This document shows positions 1 to 7,514 of a DNA stretch of 10,648 nucleotides, in pieces (position 1 is the first letter of the stretch; each line of letters begins with the position of its first letter). The notes beneath the pieces are model-generated. The model worked only from the letters and a program-made list of their open reading frames with translations. It was not told the DNA's origin and searched no databases. The DNA is taken from NCBI GenBank assembly GCA_050253335.1, contig JBFWJG010000063.1, forward strand, positions 1 to 10,648, read 5' to 3'. This DNA is from Deferribacterales bacterium (GTDB lineage: Bacteria > Chrysiogenota > Deferribacteres > Deferribacterales > Geovibrionaceae). The translations under genes were made by a program, and so were the position numbers.

Positions 1-37
1 CAATATCGAGCTTCTCAAAAAAGTAACCATAGACTAG
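1..37 (+). CDS. mreB: 3' end of rod shape-determining protein MreB (partial, starts before the window)
   Basis: Frame 2 reads ...NIELLKKVTID-stop (TAG 35-37), which resembles a MreB C-terminus, and it lies 7 nt before mreC. The call rests mainly on the canonical mreBCD gene order; only 11 codons are visible. Confidence 0.7.
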   Translation, partial: NIELLKKVTID

Positions 38-44
38 TTTATCG

Positions 45-836
45 ATGAACGGCTGGAAAAAGATAGCGGGAATAACAGCCTTTCTTCTTTTCCTCATTCT
101 GCTTCAGGTGCAGAACCCTGAAATTAACGGACCATTCAAAGGGATTTTCGGCAACGTCGTAAATCCCTTTATTTATTACTCTTCCAAGACAGCAGGCTTT
201 TTCGGCGATGTCTGGAGCGGGTACATAAACCTTGTTTACGTCCGTCAGGATAACCTTGAACTGAAGGAAAAGAACGACAGGCTGAAGATGGAAAACTCCC
301 TTCTCAGAGAAAAAGTTCTTGAGTATGAAAGGCTGAAAAAGCTCCTTAACTTCAAGGAGGCTTACAGCTTTCAGTCAGTCGCCTGCAACGTTGTGGGCAG
401 AAACGTTGACGGCTACCTTAAATACATCATAATCGACCGCGGCTCTGAAGACGGAATCGAAGTGAAGGATCCGGTGATAAGCTTTGAAGGGCTTGTGGGT
501 TCCGTGAGCGAGGTTTACAGCAACACCGCCCGTGTGGATGTTATTCTGAACATAAAAAACAATGCCAGCGTTATGAACAAGCGCACAAGGGCTGTGGGCA
601 TAATCAGAGGCAACGGAGAAGGCCAGCTTGTGGTTGACTACTACGACAGACTGGATAAGGTTCAGATAAATGATGAGCTCATAACCTCCGGTCTCGGCGG
701 AGTATACCCCAAAGGGATAGCAGTCGGCGTGGTTAACAGGGTTGACGAGAAAGACACGGGACTGTTTCAGGATCTTTTTGTCCGTCCGGTTGTGGATTTC
801 TATAAGCTGGAAAATGTTCTGGTGCTGAAAAGGTAG
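45..836 (+). CDS. mreC: Rod shape-determining protein MreC
   Basis: 263 aa. N-terminal TM anchor, coiled coil (DNLELKEKNDRLKMENSLLREKVLEYERLKKLL) and MreC beta-domain motifs IIIDRGSEDGI, GLVG, ITSGLGGVYPKGIAVG and VRPVVDFYKLENVLV. Confidence 0.96.
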   Translation: MNGWKKIAGITAFLLFLILLQVQNPEINGPFKGIFGNVVNPFIYYSSKTAGFFGDVWSGYINLVYVRQDNLELKEKNDRLKMENSLLREKVLEYERLKKLLNFKEAYSFQSVACNVVGRNVDGYLKYIIIDRGSEDGIEVKDPVISFEGLVGSVSEVYSNTARVDVILNIKNNASVMNKRTRAVGIIRGNGEGQLVVDYYDRLDKVQINDELITSGLGGVYPKGIAVGVVNRVDEKDTGLFQDLFVRPVVDFYKLENVLVLKR

Positions 837-841
837 CGCTG

Positions 842-1321
842 ATGTATTATGTGCTGCTTATTCTCACCCTTCTTGTTCTGCATGTTCTTTCGAATTCGGT
901 TCTGGGTTTTCTGAATCCGGTTTCTTATATTCTGATTGTTTATATCGCGGTTCTTGAGAGGCTGGATGAAAAAAACTACATCTGGCATGCGGTTATATTC
1001 GGTCTTTTCGGCGATTTCATACGCGGCGGATATCTGGGCCCCGGGGTTCTGATCTACTTCTTTTACGGCGTGCTCACCCTCAAGGCGGGGGTGTTTTTTG
1101 ACATGCAGAAGTTCTTCTCCAGATTCTTTTTCCGTTTCGGTCTCATAGCTGTTCATGTTTTTCTGAATATGGCAATGAACGACTATCTGAAAACACCGTT
1201 CATAGGCGCATACCTGTATTATCTGTTCATAAACACTCTTGCTCTTGCGGCGCTTGTGTTGGTCATGGAGGTTACCGGTGCTTTTAAAAGTGCTGAAAGA
1301 CGAAGTTCTGGAGTATTATAA
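842..1321 (+). CDS. mreD: Rod shape-determining protein MreD (divergent integral membrane protein)
   Basis: 159 aa, very hydrophobic, about 5 TM segments. Contains the MreD-like FGLFGDFIRGGYLG motif and sits between mreC and mrdA. Confidence 0.82.
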   Translation: MYYVLLILTLLVLHVLSNSVLGFLNPVSYILIVYIAVLERLDEKNYIWHAVIFGLFGDFIRGGYLGPGVLIYFFYGVLTLKAGVFFDMQKFFSRFFFRFGLIAVHVFLNMAMNDYLKTPFIGAYLYYLFINTLALAALVLVMEVTGAFKSAERRSSGVL

Positions 1322-3113
1322 ACGCAGAACCTACTGGTTCATCGGTGTTATAATAGTGATGTTCGCCGGGCTTATAATGCGTCTGGTCTATCTTCAGATA
1401 TATGAGTACGACAAATATAAAAAGCTTTCGGAGAACAACCGTATCCGTATAGTCAAGGTGCGTGCCGACCGCGGCTTTATTTTCGACCGCAAGGGAAGGC
1501 TTCTTGTCAAAAACACGCCGAGCTATGAACTCAAAGTGGTGAAAGAGGATGCGGGGGATATAGACGAGCTGATAAAAAAGCTTTCCCGCTATGTTCAGAT
1601 CGACCGCGAATACGCCATGAAATCCATCAAGCGCTCATACTTTTATGAGCCTGCCGTTATAGCCCGCGGACTCACCTTTGAGCAGGTTGCGGAGATTCTG
1701 GAAAACTACAATGACTTTAAAGGACTTGAGGTTGATATAGAGTCTGTCAGGGAATACAGAGACAGTGTGGCTCTCAGCCATATACTGGGCTATCTCTCGG
1801 AAGTCACTGAAAATGACCTTAAAAACGATCCCTCTTACTCAAGCGGGGACATGATAGGCAAAACAGGAATAGAAAAAATATACGAGCAGGAGCTCAGGGG
1901 CGTGGACGGAGCCCGTCAGGTTGAAGTTGACAGTTACGGCCGCCCCATTAAAACCATTTCGGAAAAACACACCATAACCGGAAACGACCTTGTCCTCACC
2001 CTTGATATGGATCTGCAGAGATCTATCCATAATATATTCGAGGGTAAAAAGGGCGCCGCCGTTGTTCTTGATACTGAGACCTTCGGTGTCATGGCGCTTT
2101 ATTCCGCTCCGACATATGATCTTAATATATTCTCCCCTTTCCATACTTCCGGCGAAAGGGTCGCGGTTATGAGCGATGAGACAAAACCGCTCCTTAACAG
2201 AGCCATAGAAGGCGCGTATCCCCCGGGTTCGGTTTATAAGATTCTCATGGGGATGGCGGGGCTTCTGGAAAGAAAAATTTCCCTCGACTCAAGGGTCACA
2301 TGCACCGGGGAAATGCGTTACGGCAATTTCACCTACAGGTGCTGGAAAAAGGAAGGGCACGGTTCGGTCGCCCTCATAGACGCGCTGGCAGAATCATGCG
2401 ATGTGTATTTCTATCAGCTCGGGCTTAACCTCGGCATAGATGACATAGAGAAATATTCCACAATACTCGGTCTGGGAAAAAACACCGGAATAGACCTGCC
2501 TAACGAGAAGCCGGGCTTCTTCCCCGGCAGGGACTGGAAAAGACGCAGATTCAAAGAAGCGTGGTATCCGGGGGAAACCATCATCACCAGCATAGGACAG
2601 GGGTATATGACAACAACACCCCTTCAGGTGGCGGTGATGCTCGCAGGCATATTCAACGGCGGCACTGTTATGAAGCCTAAGGTGGTTGAGTTCGTGCATA
2701 ATCCCGTGACTGATGTTAAGATACACACCCCGATAGAAACTGTGGCCGAAATCGAGATTCCGAAATGGATAGATGACGCCGTAATGGAAGGGATGGTGAA
2801 GGTTATTTACGGAAATACCGGAACCGGATACAGGGCAAGGGTGGAAGGGATAACATACGGCGGAAAGACGGGAACGGCGCAGGTTGTCTCCCTCAGCAAG
2901 ACAGAGCATATGGAAGAGGACGAGATCCCTGAGTTCATGAGGGATCACGCATGGTTCGGGGCTGTTGTTCCCGCTGACAAACCGAAGTATGCCATAGCCG
3001 TTCTGATGCAGCACGGCGGTTCAGGCAGCAGGAGCGCCGCTCCGGTTGCAGGCGCCATAGTTAATAAGCTTGTGGATTTAGGATATGTTAGGGCTGAAAA
3101 AGAAGGAAATTGA
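1278..3113 (+). CDS. mrdA: Penicillin-binding protein 2 (class B transpeptidase, MrdA/PbpA)
   Basis: Start reassigned from the ORF-track 1239 to GTG 1278, which follows the SD GGAGG at 1267-1271. N-terminal TM, dimerisation-domain motifs (RGFIFDRKG, GKTGIEK) and transpeptidase motifs SxxK (SVYK 2229-2240), SxD (SCD) and KTG (2865-2873). Confidence 0.96.
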   Translation: MLLKVLKDEVLEYYKRRTYWFIGVIIVMFAGLIMRLVYLQIYEYDKYKKLSENNRIRIVKVRADRGFIFDRKGRLLVKNTPSYELKVVKEDAGDIDELIKKLSRYVQIDREYAMKSIKRSYFYEPAVIARGLTFEQVAEILENYNDFKGLEVDIESVREYRDSVALSHILGYLSEVTENDLKNDPSYSSGDMIGKTGIEKIYEQELRGVDGARQVEVDSYGRPIKTISEKHTITGNDLVLTLDMDLQRSIHNIFEGKKGAAVVLDTETFGVMALYSAPTYDLNIFSPFHTSGERVAVMSDETKPLLNRAIEGAYPPGSVYKILMGMAGLLERKISLDSRVTCTGEMRYGNFTYRCWKKEGHGSVALIDALAESCDVYFYQLGLNLGIDDIEKYSTILGLGKNTGIDLPNEKPGFFPGRDWKRRRFKEAWYPGETIITSIGQGYMTTTPLQVAVMLAGIFNGGTVMKPKVVEFVHNPVTDVKIHTPIETVAEIEIPKWIDDAVMEGMVKVIYGNTGTGYRARVEGITYGGKTGTAQVVSLSKTEHMEEDEIPEFMRDHAWFGAVVPADKPKYAIAVLMQHGGSGSRSAAPVAGAIVNKLVDLGYVRAEKEGN

Positions 3114-4197
3114 AAATATAGATAAAGCGCTGATAACCATCATCGCCATAGTTCTTTTTATGAGCTGTGCCGCTGTTTACAGCGCGTCGTTTGATGCTCA
3201 GGCAAATGTTATAAGGGATTTCTATGAAAAACAGGTTCTCTGGGTTGCTCTGGGCTTCTTTGTGTTTTTTTTCATTTCATGGGTAGGCCACCAGCGTTTT
3301 GTGAAGTATCTCCCCGTTCTTTATGTAATAGGCTGTGTCGCGCTGTTTCTGGTTCTTCTTATGCCGCCGATCATGGGGGCCAGAAGATGGCTTATAATAG
3401 GAGGCTCCCGCATTCAGCCTTCGGAGTTTTTCAAATTTATCTGGGTTCTGACTCTGGCACGCATGTTCATCACATATGATGACCTCAAGCTCGGGTTCAA
3501 GGATATTTTTATGAAGGTGCTGCCGCTGCTGCCCCCTTTTGTGCTGATATTTCTTCAGCCCGATCTAGGCACTGCGGGAAGCTTTCTTATAATATGGGGT
3601 ATTGTCATTCTCTTCATAGGCATAAAAAGGGCTCCGTTCATTTTTGCCGCCGTCTCCGCGGCTGTTCTTCTGCCTGTTCTCTGGATGTTTTTCATGAAGG
3701 ACTACCAGCGCCAAAGGGTGCTTACATTCCTTGATCCGGAGAAGGATCCATTCGGTTCGGGCTATCACGTTATCCAGTCCAAAATAGGCATAGGCAGCGG
3801 AGGAATATGGGGCAAGGGCTTCATGGAGGGCACTCAGTCCCACCTCAAGTTCATTCCGGAAAGGCACACGGACTTCATCTTCTCCGTTGTGGCGGAGGAA
3901 ACAGGGCTTGTGGGCGCCGCAATCGTAATCTGCATGTTTCTGTTTATGATTGTCCGGGTGCTCAGCATATCAATGGAAACAAGGGAAGCCTCCGGCAAGG
4001 TTATATGCGTTGCCGTGGCGGCCTACATCTTCTTTCAGTTTTTTGTAAACTCCGCTATGACAATGGGCATAATGCCTGTTGTGGGCATACCCATGCCCAT
4101 ATTCAGCTACGGCGGTTCATCACTGCTTACATTCATGGCGATGCTCGGTCTTGTTAACAGCGTCGCCATGCGAAAATACAATCCCATAGGCGCGTAA
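3085..4197 (+). CDS. rodA: SEDS peptidoglycan glycosyltransferase RodA
   Basis: 370 aa polytopic membrane protein with SEDS motifs GARRW, IQPSEFFK, QPDLGTA, GYHVIQS, PERHTDFIFS and SYGGSS. Directly follows mrdA with a 29-nt overlap. Confidence 0.96.
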   Translation: MLGLKKKEIENIDKALITIIAIVLFMSCAAVYSASFDAQANVIRDFYEKQVLWVALGFFVFFFISWVGHQRFVKYLPVLYVIGCVALFLVLLMPPIMGARRWLIIGGSRIQPSEFFKFIWVLTLARMFITYDDLKLGFKDIFMKVLPLLPPFVLIFLQPDLGTAGSFLIIWGIVILFIGIKRAPFIFAAVSAAVLLPVLWMFFMKDYQRQRVLTFLDPEKDPFGSGYHVIQSKIGIGSGGIWGKGFMEGTQSHLKFIPERHTDFIFSVVAEETGLVGAAIVICMFLFMIVRVLSISMETREASGKVICVAVAAYIFFQFFVNSAMTMGIMPVVGIPMPIFSYGGSSLLTFMAMLGLVNSVAMRKYNPIGA

Positions 4198-4200
4198 TTA

Positions 4201-6633
4201 ATGCTTGATAATTCTCTTTTAACCATCTCAAAGCCCTCAAGGTATGTGAATCACGAGATTAACTCCGTTCATAAATCAAAAAAGGGCAGGCTCTCATTCT
4301 GTCTCGCTTTTCCCGATGTTTATGAAGTGGGCATGAGCCACATAGGCTTCAAAATGCTTTATGAGAGGCTTAATGCCTCTGATCTCATAGTCTGCGAAAG
4401 ATTCTTTATGCCGTGGACGGATGCCGTTGCCGAGCTTAAAGAAAAAGTATTCGTATCCCTTGAGTCCGGAACAGGGCTCAAAGGGTTTGATATACTGGGC
4501 TTTTCGCTCCAGTATGAGCTTTCCTACACCAATGTTCTCCACTCAATGAAATATGCGGGAATACCTTATTTTTCATCCGAAAGGGGGGAAGACGACCCCA
4601 TAGTCACCGCGGGCGGATCATGCGCTATGAACCCCATGCCGCTGAAAGATATTATTGATGTTTTCTTCATAGGTGAGATGGAAGGCGAAATCACGCCTGT
4701 TTTTGAAACCCTCGCCGGCATGAAGGGGCAGGGGAGAAAAGCAAGACTCGAATACCTGAACAGCCTGCCTTACACTTATGTTCCATCTGTTGAGCCGGAT
4801 AAGAAAGTGAAGAGGAACATCTACACCGACTTCAGTGATGATGTGACGATAAGCAGCCTCATAGTCCCCATGATGCCCGCCGTTCAGGACAGGGTGGCCG
4901 TGGAGATCTCAAGGGGCTGCACAAGAGGGTGCAGGTTCTGTCAGGCGGGTTATATTTACCGCCCCTCCCGTGAGCGCAGCATTGAGGCAATAGCAAAGGA
5001 TGCCCTGAATCAGCTTGCCTCAAGCGGGTATATGGAAGTTTCAATGCTTTCCCTTTCCGCCGCGGACTACAGCAGGCTGGAGGAGCTTCTTGTCACCATG
5101 ACAAGGCTCATAAGCGCGGAAGGTTCTTCCCTTTCGCTCCCCTCCATCAGAGCGGACAGGATACAGGACTTCATCTTCCGCGAACTGGCAAAGGTGCGCA
5201 AATCCGGCTTCACCATAGCCCCCGAAGCGGGCTCTCAGAGGCTCCGCAATATAATAAACAAGAACCTCACCGAGGAAGAGATTATCTCCGCGGTGCAGAA
5301 AGCCGCTGATGCGGGCTGGAACGGCGCTAAGCTGTATTTTATGATAGGTCTTCCCTTTGAAACGGATGAAGATGTTCTGGCCATTGCCGATCTCGCCTTC
5401 AAGGTAAAAAGAGCAGTGGGCAAGGGGCGGTTCGATATTAAGATCTCCGCGTCAAACTTTGTGCCCAAACCCCATACACCATTTCAGGTTTTCCCTCAGA
5501 ATACGGGGGCGGAACTGAGACGCAAGCAGATGCTCCTTGCCGATAAGCTTAAAAGCTACCGCATGCGCCTCAGCTGGCATGATGTGGAACAGAGCGTTAT
5601 GGAGGGAGTTTTCTCCAGAGGTGATGAGAGGCTTTGCAGGGTGCTTGCCCTCGCGGCAGACCGCGGGCTTATGTTTGACGGATGGAGCGAATGCTTCGAC
5701 TCACACGCATGGAAGCAGGTGTTCCGCGACCTTGACCTCACGATGGAGGAGTTCGCCTCGAAAGAATTCAGAAAGGGTGATGCCCTGCCGTGGGGGAATA
5801 TAGACTCCGGCGTGGAGCCTGACTACTTTGAAGACGAATACGAAAAAGCCCGCAATGAGTCCGTCACCAAGGACTGCCGCGAGGATGCCTGCACAGACTG
5901 CGGCGTGTGCGATTTTAAAGATATTCTCAATGTTTATGCGGGTGAAAAGCTCCCTGCGGAAACAGCTCCCGCTGAAGCGGAAGAGACGTTCCATTATGTA
6001 TTTTATATAGAAAAGCGCAAGGCGGGGAAATTCCTCTCCGCTATTGAATCCATCCGTCTGTTTACCCACGCGGCGAGGATAGCTCGGATAAAACTGGCAT
6101 TTACTCAGGGATTCAACCCTCAGCCGAAGATGCGCTATCTTATCCCGCCTCCTGTGGGTGTTGAGTGCGCATGTGATCTGCTTGCCCTTGAGTGCGGCAG
6201 GCTGGACAGCTTCGGCGAGGTTCAGAAAAGAATCAATGCCGTCCTGCCTGACGGTGTTAAGGTTAAGCGCATCATCCCTTACAAGGTTAATGAGAAAAGG
6301 GTGGGCTTCGCGGGGCGCTACCGTCTCGGCGGAGAGCTGGCTTTAATGCTTGATAAACTGGCAGGAGAGGACAAGGCGTATTATATTAAGAAAGATAAGA
6401 AGGGCAGGGACAAAAAAGTTGAGCTTGCTGAGTTCATGCTCCACAGGTCTGCGGATGAGTTAATCCTCCTTTCGGGAGATGCGGGCTCATTTAATCTGCT
6501 TGAGTTTTTCGCCTACCACGGGTTAAGCAGGGCTGAGCTTGATGTGGAACGCAAAAATCTGTATATGTTCCAGAAGCCGAGAGCGGAAAGAAGCCCGGAC
6601 AGCGAAGACGAAGGGGACGATGACGAAAGCTGA
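4201..6633 (+). CDS. TIGR03960-family B12-binding radical SAM protein fused to a C-terminal TIGR03936/DUF2344 radical SAM-associated domain; function unknown
   Basis: 810 aa. N-terminal KPSRY...FPDVYEVGMSH...GFSLQYELSYTN region typical of TIGR03960. Radical SAM CxxxCxxC (GCTRGCRFC, 4918-4941), plus SLPSIR, FTIAPEAGSQRLR, KLYFMIGLP and FVPKPHTPFQ. Extra Cx4Cx2Cx2C at 5875-5910. C-terminal AFTQGFNPQPK...PVGVE matches DUF2344. Confidence 0.88.
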   Translation: MLDNSLLTISKPSRYVNHEINSVHKSKKGRLSFCLAFPDVYEVGMSHIGFKMLYERLNASDLIVCERFFMPWTDAVAELKEKVFVSLESGTGLKGFDILGFSLQYELSYTNVLHSMKYAGIPYFSSERGEDDPIVTAGGSCAMNPMPLKDIIDVFFIGEMEGEITPVFETLAGMKGQGRKARLEYLNSLPYTYVPSVEPDKKVKRNIYTDFSDDVTISSLIVPMMPAVQDRVAVEISRGCTRGCRFCQAGYIYRPSRERSIEAIAKDALNQLASSGYMEVSMLSLSAADYSRLEELLVTMTRLISAEGSSLSLPSIRADRIQDFIFRELAKVRKSGFTIAPEAGSQRLRNIINKNLTEEEIISAVQKAADAGWNGAKLYFMIGLPFETDEDVLAIADLAFKVKRAVGKGRFDIKISASNFVPKPHTPFQVFPQNTGAELRRKQMLLADKLKSYRMRLSWHDVEQSVMEGVFSRGDERLCRVLALAADRGLMFDGWSECFDSHAWKQVFRDLDLTMEEFASKEFRKGDALPWGNIDSGVEPDYFEDEYEKARNESVTKDCREDACTDCGVCDFKDILNVYAGEKLPAETAPAEAEETFHYVFYIEKRKAGKFLSAIESIRLFTHAARIARIKLAFTQGFNPQPKMRYLIPPPVGVECACDLLALECGRLDSFGEVQKRINAVLPDGVKVKRIIPYKVNEKRVGFAGRYRLGGELALMLDKLAGEDKAYYIKKDKKGRDKKVELAEFMLHRSADELILLSGDAGSFNLLEFFAYHGLSRAELDVERKNLYMFQKPRAERSPDSEDEGDDDES

Positions 6634-7426
6634 AAGGTTCCGTCCGTTTTTTGAGAGCCTCTATGAAAAATACAACACCCCTGAATATGTAGGCACGGAC
6701 CCTATAGTCTATCCGTATACAGTTAAGGGGAATACTGAGTTTGTGGCATTCTGCTCAAGCTGTTTCGCCTACGGCAATGTTAAGGCGATTCAGGGCTTTC
6801 TGATGAGCTTTTTCAGGGAGTTCGGCACAGATCCTTTCACGCTGGAGGACAAAGAGACAAGGCTTTACTACAGGTTTCAGAAACCAGCCGATGTCAGGGC
6901 GTTTGTGCTTGCGTTAAAGGAGCTTTACGCTGAGCACGGCTCAATAGAAAATGCTTTTGCCTCAATGGGCGGAAGCCTTGAGGAGTCCCTTGTCAGTTTT
7001 GTCGTCCATATGAAAAAGCGGGGCGCGTCATACGGCGGCGGGGACGGCTACAGCTTTCTTTTTGCCGATCCCGTTAAGTCCGGCGCGAAGCGTTTGCGGA
7101 TGTTTCTCCGCTGGATGGTGAGAAAAGATCAGGTGGATTTCGGCATATGGAAAAATTATGCCTGTAAGGACTTGCATTTTATCATAGACACACATATATT
7201 AAGATTCGCATATAAGAACGGGATAATCAGTAATGATTCCGGTACAAGAAAAAATCTTGATACTGTTACGGATTTTTTCAGACAGATGAATCCTGACGAC
7301 CCTGCGAAGTATGACTTTGCCGTGTCAAGGCTGGGTATAGCGTTCGGCTGCACCTATGGTGCGGATGAGAAGTGTTTTTCATGCGCTGAAAGAGATATGT
7401 GTCCGTTTAACGAAGTCTCGGAATGA
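6620..7426 (+). CDS. TIGR02757/DUF2400 family protein (HhH-GPD DNA glycosylase-like) with a C-terminal EndoIII-like Cys cluster
   Basis: Start reassigned from the ORF-track 6539 to ATG 6620, which follows the SD-like AAGGGG at 6611-6616. Family motifs DPI, FAYGNVKAI, YRF, KRLRMFLRWMVRKDQVDFGIW, IDTH and DDPAKYDFA. C-terminal Cx7Cx2Cx5C. Confidence 0.85.
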   Translation: MTKAERFRPFFESLYEKYNTPEYVGTDPIVYPYTVKGNTEFVAFCSSCFAYGNVKAIQGFLMSFFREFGTDPFTLEDKETRLYYRFQKPADVRAFVLALKELYAEHGSIENAFASMGGSLEESLVSFVVHMKKRGASYGGGDGYSFLFADPVKSGAKRLRMFLRWMVRKDQVDFGIWKNYACKDLHFIIDTHILRFAYKNGIISNDSGTRKNLDTVTDFFRQMNPDDPAKYDFAVSRLGIAFGCTYGADEKCFSCAERDMCPFNEVSE

Positions 7427-7459
7427 GAATTGAGAGGGAAACAATCTTAATTCCTATGA

Positions 7460-7490
7460 TTGACAAACGGATGAATTTGTATAGTATAAC
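7460..7490 (+). promoter_or_regulatory. Candidate sigma70 promoter for trxA
   Basis: Perfect TTGACA at 7460-7465. Possible -10 hexamers are TAGTAT (7482-7487, 16-nt spacer) or TATAAC (7485-7490, 19-nt spacer). AT-rich intergenic context. Confidence 0.55.
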
Positions 7491-7502
7491 TTTTAAGTTA
7501 TT

Positions 7503-7510
7503 AAGGAGGA
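7503..7510 (+). promoter_or_regulatory. Strong ribosome-binding site of trxA
   Basis: AAGGAGGA just upstream of ATG 7515. Confidence 0.85.
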
Positions 7511-7514
7511 AACA

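Noticed and set aside
1239..1277. ORF-track N-terminal extension of mrdA
   Set aside because: No SD at 1239, and it would deepen the overlap with mreD. GTG 1278 has a well-placed GGAGG.
6539..6619. ORF-track N-terminal extension of the TIGR02757 gene
   Set aside because: It lies within the radical SAM CDS and is not family-like. ATG 6620 has an SD-like element.
7424..7453. Selenocysteine read-through of the TIGR02757 TGA using the adjacent hairpin as a SECIS
   Set aside because: Read-through would add only ELRGKQS after the recoded codon before TAA. The TGA is not at a Cys-motif position and the AU-rich hairpin does not resemble a bacterial SECIS.
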